Source: an uncultured Planctomycetales bacterium (GTDB lineage Bacteria; Omnitrophota; Gorgyraeia; Aquiviventales; Aquiviventaceae). Taken from it: DNA of 64,000 nucleotides. The notes under the pieces are model-generated. The model was not told where the DNA came from. It did not search any database and worked only from the letters and a program-made list of their open reading frames with translations. This document shows positions 18,799 through 28,616 of this stretch, piece after piece. Where the stretch lies: assembly GCA_964556925.1 (NCBI GenBank), contig CAZKXY010000001.1:2790-66789 (forward strand), in the 5' to 3' direction. Each line of letters begins with the position of its first letter. Position 1 is the first letter of the stretch. The position numbers and the translations under genes are program-made.

Positions 18799-20006
18799 AG
18801 GTGCTGCGGATCATCACGCGGTTGAACATCGGGGGGCCGGCGATCCATGCGGCCCTGTTGTCGACGCAGCTCGATGCCGGGCGCTTCCCCACCTGCCTCG
18901 TCGCGGGAACGCCGCAGGCGGGCGAGGGTGATCTGAGCGGCCTGGTGCGCGGCGGAGCCGTGCGCCTGGTGCGGCTGTCCACGCTCGTCCGGCCGATCCG
19001 CCCGTGGGCGGATGCGAGGACGCTGATCGCGCTGTTGCGGATCCTCTGGGCCGAGCGCCCGCAGGTCATCCACACGCATCTGGCCAAGGCCGGGGCGCTA
19101 GGCCGGCTGGCCGCTTTCCTCTATAATGGCCTCGGGCCCGGCCGGGCCCAGGGGGCGCGGGCCGCGGTGCTGCACACCTTTCACGGGCATGTGCTGGAGG
19201 GGTATTTCTCGCCGGCGCTGTCGCGGGCCTTCCTGGCGGTCGAACGATGGCTGGCGCGCCGGACGGACTGCCTGATCGCGGTCAGCCCGGCGATTCGGGA
19301 GGAGCTGTTGGGGCGCAAGCGGATCGGCCGGCCCGCGCAATGGCGGGTGATCCCGTTGGGGGTGGACCTCTCCGCCCTGGCGGCGCTTCCGTCGTCGGAC
19401 GGCGACTCCCCGGTTCGGATCGGCTTGGTCGGGCGGCTGGTGCCGATCAAAAACCCCGGGTTGTTCCTCGAGGCGGTGGCGCGGCTGGCGCCGCAGACGG
19501 CGCATCCGGTGCGGGGCGTGATGGTCGGTGACGGCCCGCTGCGGCCGGCGTTGGAGCGGCACGCCCGTCGGTTGGGGCTGGAGCAGGCGGTTCGCTTCGC
19601 CGGCTGGCAACAGGCGCTGCCGTCGGTCTACGGCGCGCTGGACATTGTGTGCCTGACCTCGTGGAATGAAGGGACGCCTGTCTCGGTCATCGAGGCGATG
19701 GCGTCCAGCCGCGCGGTCGTGGCGACCGATGTGGGCGGCGTGCGGGACCTGCTGGACGACGGCCAGGGGCCGCGCCAGCCGGTCGCGCCCGGCACGTTCC
19801 ACCTCGCGGCGCGCGGGATGCTCGTCCGCCCTGGGGATGCGCAGGGGCTGGCCGCCGCCCTGCGGGTCATGGTGGAGGATGCGGCGCTGCGCCGCCGGCT
19901 CGGCCAGGCGGCCCGCGCCTACGCGGTGGCGAGCTTCGCCCCCGAGCGGTTGGTGCGGGACATGGCCGCGTGCTACGAGGAGCTGATGGCAGGGAGGCAG
20001 CGATGA
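18795..20006 (+). CDS. GT4-family glycosyltransferase (Glycos_transf_1)
   Basis: N-terminal IGGPAIHAALL and the C-terminal donor-binding block LTSWNEGTPVSVIEAMASSRAVVATDVGG. ATGA overlap. Confidence 0.75.
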   Translation: MKVLRIITRLNIGGPAIHAALLSTQLDAGRFPTCLVAGTPQAGEGDLSGLVRGGAVRLVRLSTLVRPIRPWADARTLIALLRILWAERPQVIHTHLAKAGALGRLAAFLYNGLGPGRAQGARAAVLHTFHGHVLEGYFSPALSRAFLAVERWLARRTDCLIAVSPAIREELLGRKRIGRPAQWRVIPLGVDLSALAALPSSDGDSPVRIGLVGRLVPIKNPGLFLEAVARLAPQTAHPVRGVMVGDGPLRPALERHARRLGLEQAVRFAGWQQALPSVYGALDIVCLTSWNEGTPVSVIEAMASSRAVVATDVGGVRDLLDDGQGPRQPVAPGTFHLAARGMLVRPGDAQGLAAALRVMVEDAALRRRLGQAARAYAVASFAPERLVRDMAACYEELMAGRQR

Positions 20007-20038
20007 AGGCCTTGATGACGGGCGGGGCGGCGAGATGA
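20003..20038 (+). other. Leader mini-ORF MKALMTGGAAR (11 codons) coupled by ATGA overlaps to both the upstream GT4 stop and the downstream epimerase start
   Basis: Read directly from the sequence: atgaaggccttgatgacgggcggggcggcgagatga. The peptide mimics the N-terminus of the downstream protein (MKALITGGAGF). Confidence 0.4.
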
Positions 20039-21108
20039 AGGCGCTCATTACGGGCGGGGCGGGGTTCATCGGATCGCATCTGACCGAGGCGCTCCTCAGG
20101 CGGGGCGATCACGTGACGGTGCTGGACGATCTCTCGACCGGCCGGTACGAGAACCTCGCGCACCTGGACGGCCGCCCGGAGCTCCAGGTCGTCATCGGGA
20201 CGGTCCTGAACGAGACCCTGGTGGACAAGTTCACCGAGCGGTGCGACGTGGTATTCCACCTGGCGGCCGCGGTCGGGGTGGAGCTGATCATCAAGAAGCC
20301 GCTGGAGTCGCTCATGACCAACATCCGCGGCAGCGAGATCATCCTCGAGATGGCCCACCGGTACCGCAAGAAGGTCCTGGTCGCCTCCACCTCCGAGATC
20401 TACGGCAAGAACACCACCGGCCCGCTGCGGGAGGACACCGACCGGGTGCTGGGCTCGGCCCTGAAGACGCGGTGGAGCTACTCGACGTCGAAAGCCGTGG
20501 ATGAAATCCTCGCGTACGTCTACTGGAAAGAGAAGAAGGTCCCGACGGTCATCGTGCGCCTCTTCAACACGGTCGGGCCCAGGCAGAGCGGCGCGTACGG
20601 GATGGTGATCCCGCGGTTTGTCAGCCAGGCGCTGGCGGGCAGGCCCCTCCAGGTGCACGGGGACGGCACGCAGACCCGGTGCTTCCTGCACGTGAACGAT
20701 GTCGTGCAGGCCCTGACGAAGCTCATCGAGCATCCCGGCGCCGTGGGGCAGGTGTTCAACCTCGGCAGCCAGGAGGAGGTGACGATCGAGGAGCTGGCGA
20801 AGCGCATCATCCGCCTCACCGGCAGCGCCTCTCGCATCGAGTACCTCCCGTATGACCAGGCGTATGAGGAAGGCTACGAGGACATGCCGCGGCGGGTGCC
20901 GGATACGAGCAAGGTCCGCGCGCTGATCGGCTTTGCGCCGAGCATGAATCTCGATGAGACCATCCGCAGCGTGGTCAGGAGCATGCGGCCTGAGAGGCCG
21001 GCCGCGCCCGCCACGGATCGCCCCACCCCGCCGGCGCGCCGGCGCCTCCGGAGAGGTGTCAGACACCTTTCAAAGCGGGAAAAGTGTCTGACACCTCTGG
21101 TGCGATGA
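20035..21108 (+). CDS. NAD-dependent epimerase/dehydratase (GalE/WcaG-like nucleotide-sugar 4-epimerase)
   Basis: ITGGAGFIGSHL and YSTSK (YxxxK). The last ~15 codons read through repeat copy A1 (GVRHLSKREKCLTP), so the true C-terminus is uncertain. Confidence 0.8.
   Translation: MKALITGGAGFIGSHLTEALLRRGDHVTVLDDLSTGRYENLAHLDGRPELQVVIGTVLNETLVDKFTERCDVVFHLAAAVGVELIIKKPLESLMTNIRGSEIILEMAHRYRKKVLVASTSEIYGKNTTGPLREDTDRVLGSALKTRWSYSTSKAVDEILAYVYWKEKKVPTVIVRLFNTVGPRQSGAYGMVIPRFVSQALAGRPLQVHGDGTQTRCFLHVNDVVQALTKLIEHPGAVGQVFNLGSQEEVTIEELAKRIIRLTGSASRIEYLPYDQAYEEGYEDMPRRVPDTSKVRALIGFAPSMNLDETIRSVVRSMRPERPAAPATDRPTPPARRRLRRGVRHLSKREKCLTPLVR
21054..21096. repeat. Family-A double-palindrome element, copy A1 (short spacer CAAAGCGGG)
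   Basis: AGGTGTCAGACACCTTT-CAAAGCGGG-AAAAGTGTCTGACACCT. Each arm, GGTGTC-N-GACACC, is itself palindromic. Confidence 0.85.
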
Positions 21109-22952
21109 GTGTCATGGCTCGGCACGTGGAGGCGTGGCTGAGCGCTCCGGTGTGGCAACAGCTCGGGATCGGCTGGCTGGCGGGGCTCACCGCCTTGCTC
21201 GTGACCCTGATGCTGACGCCGCTCGTCCGCGAGATGGCGGTGCGGTTCGGGTGGGTGGCCAGGCCGGTCGGGGACCGGTGGGGCCGGCGCGCCGTCGCGC
21301 GGCTCGGCGGGGTGGCCATGTTCGCCGGCTTTGTGACGGCGGTCCTCATCTGGGCGCCGCTTGAGCCGCGCGTGATCGGGCTCTTGGGGGGCACGGTCCT
21401 GGTGTTCCTCTTGGGTCTGCTCGATGACATCCGGCGGATGCCGGCCCATACGAAGCTCGTGGGGCAGCTGCTCATCGGCTGCGTCGTCGTGCTCAGCGGC
21501 ATCCGCGTGGAGGTGAGCGCCTGGCCCTGGCTGTCGATCCCGCTGTCGGTCTTCTGGTTCGTGCTGGTCATGAACGCCTTCAACCTGCTGGACAACATGG
21601 ACGGCCTGGCGGCCGGCGTCGGGGCCATCGCCGCCGCGTTCTGCGTCGTCCATGCGGCGCTCGCCGGCGAGCGGATCGTGGCGATGCTGGCGGTGATCCT
21701 GTGCGGCACGTGCCTGGGGTTTCTCTTGCTCAACTTCCCTCCGGCGAAGATCTACATGGGCGATTCCGGCAGCCACTTCCTGGGCCTCAGCTTGGCCGCG
21801 TTGGCGCTGCTCGGCGGTTGGCGCCATTCCACGCACCTGTTGAGCGTGCTGGCGGTGCCGTCGCTGATCCTGGCGGTGCCGATCTTCGACACGTGCTTCG
21901 TCACGGTGCAGCGGCTCGCGCACCGGCTGCACCCGTTCGTCGGCGGGCGCGACCACGTGTCGCACCGGCTGGCCATCCTCGGCCTGAGCACCCGCCAGAC
22001 GGTGATCGCCCTCTACGGCCTGAGCGCGTCCCTCGGCGTGCTCAGCGTCGTGTCCCTCTCCCTGCGGCCGCTGGCGACGGTCGTGATGTGGCTGTTTGCC
22101 CTGACGGGGTTCGTCCTGGTCGGTTCGTACCTCTCGAACGTCAAGGTGTATCGGCTGAGCCGAACGCCGGCCGAGGCGGAGGAGGAACCGGATCGGCCCG
22201 TCACCCTGATCGACACCATGCTGATGCACAAACGCCGGCTCGTGGAGATCCTGGTGGACTTCGTCCTGGTGGGCGGCGTCTACGTCGTCGCCTACCTCCT
22301 GCGGTTCGAAGGGGCGCTGACGAGGGACCTCCAGCAGCTGATCGTGCAGTCGCTGCCGGTGATCCTGGTGGTGAAGTTGACATCCTTCGCCGCCTGCGGG
22401 GTGTACCGGGGCATCTGGCGCTACCTGAGCCTGCCGGATGTGGTGACGGTCTTCAAAGCGGTGACGCTCGGCTCGGTGGGTTCGGCGCTGGCGGTCTTGT
22501 ATCTCTGGCGGTTCGGCGGCTATTCCCGCGCGGTGTTCATCATCGACTGGATGCTGACCTTTTTCGCCGTCGGCGGCTCGCGGGTTCTGGAGCGGCTGCT
22601 CGATGAATGGATCAGCGCGGCCTCGGCGCAGGGGACCCCGCTGGTGATCATCGGGGCGGGGGATACCGGCGCGCGCGTGTTGCGGGCGCTGAAAGACGAG
22701 GGCCACGCGCGCCGCGTGATCGGGTTGCTCGATGATAACGTCCGCACGCACGGCGACCGCATCCACGGCGTGCCGGTCTTGGGCGGGCGGGGCAGGCTGC
22801 CGGAGCTGATTCAGGGCGCCGGGGTGCGGGAAATCCTCATCGCGATGAGCGACCCGCCGGGGGAGCTGCTCCACTACATCCAGCGCTGCTGCGAGCCGCA
22901 TGGCGCCTCCTGGAAAATCGTGACCGCGGGGATCATGCATGCCCCCGAATAG
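21105..22952 (+). CDS. Polyprenol-phosphate hexose-/HexNAc-1-phosphate transferase (WecA/MraY GT4 family) fused to a C-terminal CoA/NAD-binding CapD/PglF-like domain
   Basis: NAFNLLDNMDGLAAG and IYMGDSGSHFLG (MraY/WecA motifs), then LVIIGAGDTGARVLRAL...VIGLLDDN. Confidence 0.75.
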   Translation: MSVMARHVEAWLSAPVWQQLGIGWLAGLTALLVTLMLTPLVREMAVRFGWVARPVGDRWGRRAVARLGGVAMFAGFVTAVLIWAPLEPRVIGLLGGTVLVFLLGLLDDIRRMPAHTKLVGQLLIGCVVVLSGIRVEVSAWPWLSIPLSVFWFVLVMNAFNLLDNMDGLAAGVGAIAAAFCVVHAALAGERIVAMLAVILCGTCLGFLLLNFPPAKIYMGDSGSHFLGLSLAALALLGGWRHSTHLLSVLAVPSLILAVPIFDTCFVTVQRLAHRLHPFVGGRDHVSHRLAILGLSTRQTVIALYGLSASLGVLSVVSLSLRPLATVVMWLFALTGFVLVGSYLSNVKVYRLSRTPAEAEEEPDRPVTLIDTMLMHKRRLVEILVDFVLVGGVYVVAYLLRFEGALTRDLQQLIVQSLPVILVVKLTSFAACGVYRGIWRYLSLPDVVTVFKAVTLGSVGSALAVLYLWRFGGYSRAVFIIDWMLTFFAVGGSRVLERLLDEWISAASAQGTPLVIIGAGDTGARVLRALKDEGHARRVIGLLDDNVRTHGDRIHGVPVLGGRGRLPELIQGAGVREILIAMSDPPGELLHYIQRCCEPHGASWKIVTAGIMHAPE

Positions 22953-24171
22953 CCTCGGCGTGTGGGCCCGCCGCCTCCAGCTCGCCGGCCTCTACGTGCT
23001 GCTGGGCGCGTTGCCGTTTTCAAAGGCCGCGGTCGAGATCTGTTTTGGCCTTCTGCTCATCGGGTGGGTGATCGAACGCCTGCAGCCCGCCACGCGGTTC
23101 TTGACGGTGTGGCGCTCGCGGCGCCTGCGCCCGATCCTGACCGGCCTGCTGGCGTACCTCGCGATCTGCGCGGCATCGATCGCCGTCAGCGACTTTCCCG
23201 GCAAGAGCCTGGACGGCTTCGTGTCCAAGTGGCTCGAGTACCTGCTGTTCCTGGTCATTGTCGCGGACCTGGGATCCCGGCCGGGGGTGGCGGCTCGGGG
23301 GCTCGCCATCCTCGCCGGGTCCGGGGGGGCGGTGTTCCTGCTGGGCCTCTGGCAGGAGCAGCAGATTCTGGCGTTCCAGCCGGCGCTGGCAGTCGCTCCC
23401 GCGCATCCGATCGGGGCGTACTGGCGGATGACCGGTCCGTATGAGAACCCCATCGACCTGGCGACCTACCTGATGACGACGACCCCGATCCTGGTGACGT
23501 GGGGCCTGTCCCAGCGCGGGTGGCGGCGCTGGAGCCTGGTGGGCCTGGGGATGCTCCTCCTCGCCTGCCTGGGTCGGACCGAAGCGCTGGGGGCCTGGCT
23601 GGGGCTGGCGGCGGGCCTGGCCGCCGCGGCCTGGATGGACCGGACGTTTCGGTGGCGCGCCCTCGCCATCATGGCGGCGCTGGGACTCGGTGCCGTCGCG
23701 GTGCTGGTCGCCACCGGGCACGCGACCAGGTTTTCGCCGGTGGACGCGGGCACCCGTGACCGCTGGATGATGTGGCAGGCGGCGCTGCGCATGATCGAGG
23801 ACCGCCCGCTGCTCGGCCACGGCGTCAACACCTTCATGGCCAACTACCTGACGTATTGGGTCGGGGGCGAGCGGGTTCCCCGGTACGCCCACAATTGCTA
23901 CCTGCAGGTGGCGGCGGAAACCGGCCTGATCGGCCTGGCCGCGTTCGCCTGGCTCCTGGGCGCGCTCGTGCTCCGCTGGGCCGCCGGGATCAAGGACGCC
24001 TCAGCACCGCAGCGGGCGATGCTCACCGGAGTGACCGCTGGCCTGGTGGCGTTTCTCGTGCAGGCCGGGCTCGACACGAACTTCTACGCGTTGCGCCAGG
24101 CGGCGCTGTTCTGGGTGCTGTCCGGATTCGCCGTTGGGTTGAGCGAGCCGCCCGGCGTCCCGCCGGGTTGA
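22939..24171 (+). CDS. O-antigen ligase / Wzy_C-family membrane protein (second copy)
   Basis: Polytopic membrane protein with a RPLLGHGVNTF...AHNCYLQVAAETGLIG loop motif. Confidence 0.6.
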   Translation: MPPNSLGVWARRLQLAGLYVLLGALPFSKAAVEICFGLLLIGWVIERLQPATRFLTVWRSRRLRPILTGLLAYLAICAASIAVSDFPGKSLDGFVSKWLEYLLFLVIVADLGSRPGVAARGLAILAGSGGAVFLLGLWQEQQILAFQPALAVAPAHPIGAYWRMTGPYENPIDLATYLMTTTPILVTWGLSQRGWRRWSLVGLGMLLLACLGRTEALGAWLGLAAGLAAAAWMDRTFRWRALAIMAALGLGAVAVLVATGHATRFSPVDAGTRDRWMMWQAALRMIEDRPLLGHGVNTFMANYLTYWVGGERVPRYAHNCYLQVAAETGLIGLAAFAWLLGALVLRWAAGIKDASAPQRAMLTGVTAGLVAFLVQAGLDTNFYALRQAALFWVLSGFAVGLSEPPGVPPG

Positions 24172-24199
24172 CCGGCACCTGCCCCGCTGTGAGTCCCCC

Positions 24200-25207
24200 G
24201 TGAGCCCTGCGAGCGACATCCATCGGATCCTCGTCCTGCGAACGGACCGGCTCGGGGAGACCCTCCTCACCCTGCCGGCGGTGGCGGCGCTGCGGACCGT
24301 GATGCCCGGCTCGTCGGTCACCTTGCTCGTGCATCCTGAGCTGGCGTCGCTCTTGGCCGGCTCGCCCGGCGTTGAGGACGTCCTGCCCTACGACCGCGCC
24401 GCGCATCCCGCCTGGGGGGTCCGGGCGTGGCGCCTGGGACGCTCCCTGCGGGAGCGCCGGTTCGATCTGGCGATTGTCTCCAACCCGATGAAAGAATTGC
24501 ATCTGGCCGTGTGGGTGGCCGGCATCACGCGCCGAGTCGGCTACGACCGGAAATGGAGCTGGTGCCTGACCCGCCGCATCCCTGACCGCAAGGCGCTTGG
24601 CGAGCGCCATGAGCTGGAGTATACTATGGATCTCGTGAAGGCCGCTGTTGACGAACCGCTTCCGCCCCTCGTCCCTCGATGGCCCCTCCCAACGTTTGAC
24701 CGTGAGCACGGTGAGGTGCTGCAGCGGCTTGAGGAGCAAGGGATCCAGCGATCAGAGCCGTTCGTGGCGGTCCATCCGTGGACGTCCAATCCCCAGAAGC
24801 AATGGCCGTCCTTGCGCTACCAGACGGTGATCCGGGTCCTCGCGCAACAGCTGCCTGTCGCGGTCGTGGGGGGCGCTGAGGCGCGCCAGGCGGTCCGCCA
24901 CCTGCTCCCCGCTCCCCTGCCGCGCGTGGCCGATCTCGTCGGGCACCTGACCCTTCGGCAGTTGGCGGCGATCCTGCAGCGCGCGAGGCTGCTCCTCTCC
25001 AATGACAGCGGACCGGTGCACCTGGCGGCCGCGATGGGCACGCCGACCGTGGTGCTCTTCGGCACGCCGGATGCGGCGACCGGCCCCAAGCGGTGGGGAC
25101 CGTGGGGGTCCATTCACACGGTGATCTGGAAACCCTCGATGGACGCCATCAGCGTGGATGAGGTGATCGCCGCCGTGGAAGCGGCGGTCGCGCACCGGGC
25201 GCCATGA
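24200..25207 (+). CDS. GT9 glycosyltransferase (ADP-heptose:LPS heptosyltransferase family)
   Basis: ILVLRTDRLGE, and the C-terminal LLLSNDSGPVHLAAAMGTPTVVLFG. Confidence 0.75.
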   Translation: MSPASDIHRILVLRTDRLGETLLTLPAVAALRTVMPGSSVTLLVHPELASLLAGSPGVEDVLPYDRAAHPAWGVRAWRLGRSLRERRFDLAIVSNPMKELHLAVWVAGITRRVGYDRKWSWCLTRRIPDRKALGERHELEYTMDLVKAAVDEPLPPLVPRWPLPTFDREHGEVLQRLEEQGIQRSEPFVAVHPWTSNPQKQWPSLRYQTVIRVLAQQLPVAVVGGAEARQAVRHLLPAPLPRVADLVGHLTLRQLAAILQRARLLLSNDSGPVHLAAAMGTPTVVLFGTPDAATGPKRWGPWGSIHTVIWKPSMDAISVDEVIAAVEAAVAHRAP

Positions 25208-26313
25208 GCGCGATCCAGCGCATCCTCATCATCAATCCCTTCGGCATCGGCGACGTGCTGTTCACGACGCCGCTGATCCGGGCCCTCCGGCAGGCCTTTC
25301 CCGACAGCCGCATCGGGTACCTCTGCAACCGGCGCACCGAGCGGACGCTGCAGGATAACCCCCACCTGGATGAGCTGTTCATCTACGAGAAGGATGAGCT
25401 GGTGCGGCTGTGGCGGGCTTCGTGGTGGCAGGGGGTGGCCTATGCCGCCCGCCTGGTCCGCCGCCTCAGACAGGCGCGGTTCGATCTCGTGATCGACCTG
25501 TCCTTGGGGGAGCGATACAGCTTCCTCGTGAAGCTCCTCGGGGTGCGCCGGCGCATCGGGTTCGATTACCGCCGCCGGGGCCGGTTTCTCACCCAGCGGC
25601 TGGAGATTGACGGCTACCACGACGCCCACGTCGTGGACTACTACGATCGCCTCCTGCGGTTCATGGGGATCCGGACGGCCGACGCCTCGTTGGAGCTGCA
25701 TGTGAACGTCGCCGACGAGCGGTGGGCCTTGGGCTGGATCCGCGCGCGCCGGTTGCAGGACGTGCGCCTGCTCGTGGGCATCGTCCCGGCCGGCGGGGTC
25801 AGTTGGGGCATTGACGCGCCGTTTCGACGCTGGGGGTTGGAGCGCTTCGCGGCGGTGGGCGATGCGCTGATCGAGCGGCACGACGCGACCGTCGTGCTCT
25901 TCGGCGAAGCCACCGATGTCGCGTTGTGCCAGACCGTGGGCCGTCTCATGCGGCATCCGGTCATCGACTTAAGCGGCCAGACCACGTTCGGCCAGTTCGT
26001 GAGCCTGCTCAGCCGGCTGGGGCTGGTCATCTGCAACGACGGCGGGCCGTTGCATCTGGCCGTCAGCCAGGGGGTCAGGACCGTGTCGATTTTCGGGCCG
26101 GTGGACCCGCAGGTCTACGGCCCGTACGGGTCCCCTGGCCGCCACCGGGTCGTGACGAAGCCGCTGCCGTGCCGGCCCTGCTACCATCGGTTCCGGCTGC
26201 CGCCGTGCCCCTATAACCGCGCCTGCCTCAATGAGCTGTCCGTGGAGGACGTGCTGGCGAGCATCGAGGACACCATGCAGGATCTGCGCGCCGGCGCAGC
26301 GGTGCCCTCCTGA
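25204..26313 (+). CDS. GT9 glycosyltransferase (heptosyltransferase family), second copy
   Basis: ILIINPFGIGDVLFTTPLIRAL, and LVICNDGGPLHLAVSQGVRTVSIFGP. ATGA overlap. Confidence 0.75.
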   Translation: MSAIQRILIINPFGIGDVLFTTPLIRALRQAFPDSRIGYLCNRRTERTLQDNPHLDELFIYEKDELVRLWRASWWQGVAYAARLVRRLRQARFDLVIDLSLGERYSFLVKLLGVRRRIGFDYRRRGRFLTQRLEIDGYHDAHVVDYYDRLLRFMGIRTADASLELHVNVADERWALGWIRARRLQDVRLLVGIVPAGGVSWGIDAPFRRWGLERFAAVGDALIERHDATVVLFGEATDVALCQTVGRLMRHPVIDLSGQTTFGQFVSLLSRLGLVICNDGGPLHLAVSQGVRTVSIFGPVDPQVYGPYGSPGRHRVVTKPLPCRPCYHRFRLPPCPYNRACLNELSVEDVLASIEDTMQDLRAGAAVPS

Positions 26314-27425
26314 TGCGGGTGCCCTACGTCGACCTGCCGGCCCAGTCCGTTGAGGTGCATGGCGCCCTCCACCGCGCCTTCGACCGCGTGCTGCGGCGCG
26401 GGGATTTTGTGCTGGGGGAAGCGGTCGAGGCCTTCGAGGCGGCCTTCGCGCGAAGCTGCCAGGCGCCCTACGCGGTGGGCGTCAACTCCGGCACCGACGC
26501 GCTGTGGCTGTCGCTGGCGGCGCTGGGGATCGGGCCGGGCGATGAGGTGATCACGACCGCCTACACCTTCTTCGCCACCGCCTCCGCGATCGCGCTCACG
26601 GGCGCCTCGCCCGTGGCGGCGGACATCGATCCGGTGACGTACACCCTCGATCCGGCCTCCGTGGAGGCGGCCGTGACGAAGCGGACGAAGGCGATCCTGG
26701 CCGTCCATCTGTTCGGCCAGCCGGCGGACATGGACCGCTTGACCAGGATCGCGAGGCGGCACCGGCTCGCGCTGGTGGAGGATTGCGCGCAGGCCCACGG
26801 GGCCGCGTTCCGGGGACAGAGCGTGGGCACGTTCGGGGAGGCGGGCGCCTTCAGTTTTTACCCGACCAAGAACCTCAGCGCGCTGGGAGACGCCGGCCTC
26901 ATCGTCACGACCCGCCGCGCCCTCCGCGACCGGCTGCGGCTGTTGCGGGATCATGGCCAGACCCGACCCTACCGCCACGCGGCGCTGGGTCACAACAGCC
27001 GCCTGGACACGCTCCAGGCGGCGGTGCTGCTGGCGAAGCTGCCGCGCCTGGCCGCGTGGAACCGGCGCCGGGCCCAGCACGCGCGGCGCTACACGGCGCG
27101 CCTTGGCGCGTGCGCCGCGCGGATCGTGCTGCCGCACGCCGCGCCGCATCGGACGCACGTGTACCACGTCTATGCCGTGCAGGTGCCCGGGCGCGACCGG
27201 GTTGTCCGTGGGCTGCGTGCGCGCGGCATCCAGGCCCTGGTCCACTACCCGTCGCTGTTCTACGAGCAGCCGGTCTTCCGGCGGCTCGGGTGCCGTCGGG
27301 GCCGCTGCCCCGTGGCCGAGCGGCTCGCGCGGCGTGCCGTCTCGCTGCCGATCGCGCCACAGCTTCAGCCCGCGCAGATCGACTACGTGGCGGAGCAACT
27401 CATCAACATCGTGGGGGGACGATGA
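26313..27425 (+). CDS. DegT/DnrJ/EryC1/StrS-family PLP-dependent sugar aminotransferase
   Basis: GVNSGTDAL, SFYPTKNLSALGDAG (containing the PLP lysine) and the NSRLD motif. Confidence 0.8.
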   Translation: MRVPYVDLPAQSVEVHGALHRAFDRVLRRGDFVLGEAVEAFEAAFARSCQAPYAVGVNSGTDALWLSLAALGIGPGDEVITTAYTFFATASAIALTGASPVAADIDPVTYTLDPASVEAAVTKRTKAILAVHLFGQPADMDRLTRIARRHRLALVEDCAQAHGAAFRGQSVGTFGEAGAFSFYPTKNLSALGDAGLIVTTRRALRDRLRLLRDHGQTRPYRHAALGHNSRLDTLQAAVLLAKLPRLAAWNRRRAQHARRYTARLGACAARIVLPHAAPHRTHVYHVYAVQVPGRDRVVRGLRARGIQALVHYPSLFYEQPVFRRLGCRRGRCPVAERLARRAVSLPIAPQLQPAQIDYVAEQLINIVGGR

Positions 27426-27518
27426 TCGTTGCTCGATCGTCCCTGCTTCTGGCTGCGGGGCCGGCTCGCCTGCGGTGCGCGGCATCGCTCCGGCCGCCCA
27501 GCGTGCGGCCGGTCGCTC

Positions 27519-27578
27519 AAAAGGTGTCAGACACCTTTCCCGATGCGAGACGAGCGGTCGAAAGGTGTCTGACACCTG
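27519..27578. repeat. Family-A element, copy A2 (long spacer containing GCGAGACGA)
   Basis: AAAGGTGTCAGACACCTTTCC-CGATGCGAGACGAGCGGTCG-AAAGGTGTCTGACACCTG. Lies in a 210-nt gap. Confidence 0.85.
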
Positions 27579-27636
27579 TTGCGATGCGCAGCGGCAGGAC
27601 CCGTCGGGCCAACACAGACCTGCAACAGGTGGCGGG

Positions 27637-28491
27637 ATGGCGCGACGCGTGACGATCGGGGCGGTGTACTGCGTCTACAACGAGGATGAGTACATCGCCT
27701 ATTCGATCCGGTCCATCCTCGGCTTCGCCGACCGGATCTTCGTGCTGCTCGGCCGGGCGCCGTATTCCGCCTATAACGCCAGGGCGCGGGAACAGTTCAC
27801 CGCGGCCGACCGGACCGAGGCGATCGTCGACGCGCTCGCCCGGGAGCATGCCGCCATCACGCTGGTGAAGGGGCTGTGGGACTCCGAGCTCGCGCACCGC
27901 AATGCCGGCTTGCAATGGTGCTGGCGCGAAGGCTGCCGCTACTACTTCCTGATCGACGGCGACGAGGTGTACCGGCGGGACCACCTTGTGCGGCTGCGGG
28001 AGGAGATCCTCGCGCATCCCGAGGCCGGGCAGTTCATCATCAAGTGCGACCTCTTCTGGCGCAGCTTCCGCTACCGGATCCCGGCGAGCGAGCTCGCGTG
28101 GATGCCGCGGCGGGTCTTCAAGCTGACGCGCGTCTCGGAGCTTGGCAAGACGCACCTGCCCGTGCCGCTGCGGTGCCGGTTCACCGGCAACAACAAAACC
28201 AATAGCTGGGGCGCGGTGCACCACCTGGAGCCATCCCAGGTGAAGTTCTACCACTTTTCCTTCGCGCGCTCCCCGGAGAAGATGCGCGAGAAACTGCTCA
28301 CCTACAGCCATGCCCACGAAATCCTGGACGGCTGGTTTGAGCGCGTCTGGTTGCGCTGGCCGCAGCAGCGCGACATGACGAACCTCAACCCGGTGGATCC
28401 GCCCAAGCTGCCCCGGGCCGTCCTCCACGACGTGGCCGATCTACCCGAGGTCATGCGGGACCATCCCTATTACCACCAGGACATCATATGA
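27637..28491 (+). CDS. GT-A fold glycosyltransferase (GT2-like, DxD = IDGDE)
   Basis: VYCVYNEDEYI and FLIDGDEVY. Confidence 0.5.
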   Translation: MARRVTIGAVYCVYNEDEYIAYSIRSILGFADRIFVLLGRAPYSAYNARAREQFTAADRTEAIVDALAREHAAITLVKGLWDSELAHRNAGLQWCWREGCRYYFLIDGDEVYRRDHLVRLREEILAHPEAGQFIIKCDLFWRSFRYRIPASELAWMPRRVFKLTRVSELGKTHLPVPLRCRFTGNNKTNSWGAVHHLEPSQVKFYHFSFARSPEKMREKLLTYSHAHEILDGWFERVWLRWPQQRDMTNLNPVDPPKLPRAVLHDVADLPEVMRDHPYYHQDII

Positions 28492-28492
28492 A

Positions 28493-28537
28493 CAGGTGTC
28501 AGACACCTTTCAAGGCGGGAAAAGTGTCTGACACCTG
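28493..28537. repeat. Family-A element, copy A3 (short spacer)
   Basis: CAGGTGTCAGACACCTTTCAAGGCGGGAAAAGTGTCTGACACCTG. Confidence 0.85.
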
Positions 28538-28616
28538 TGCGGCGGACTGGCCGCGCGTCGTCCGCAAATTCGGTCAGGCCGATGGGTGCACGATCGAGCG
28601 TCTGGGCCAGGACCAG

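Noticed and set aside
27426-27636. ORF-track proteins containing KGVRHLS.EKCLTP or KVSDTF peptides. Examples: the N-terminal parts of 26953-28491, 28488-29669, 40982-43381, 51396-53042, and the minus ORFs 51399-52073 and 43492-44148.
   Set aside because: These peptide strings are frame translations of the family-A repeat itself. Real gene starts were placed downstream of the repeat where domain homology begins, except where noted as ambiguous.
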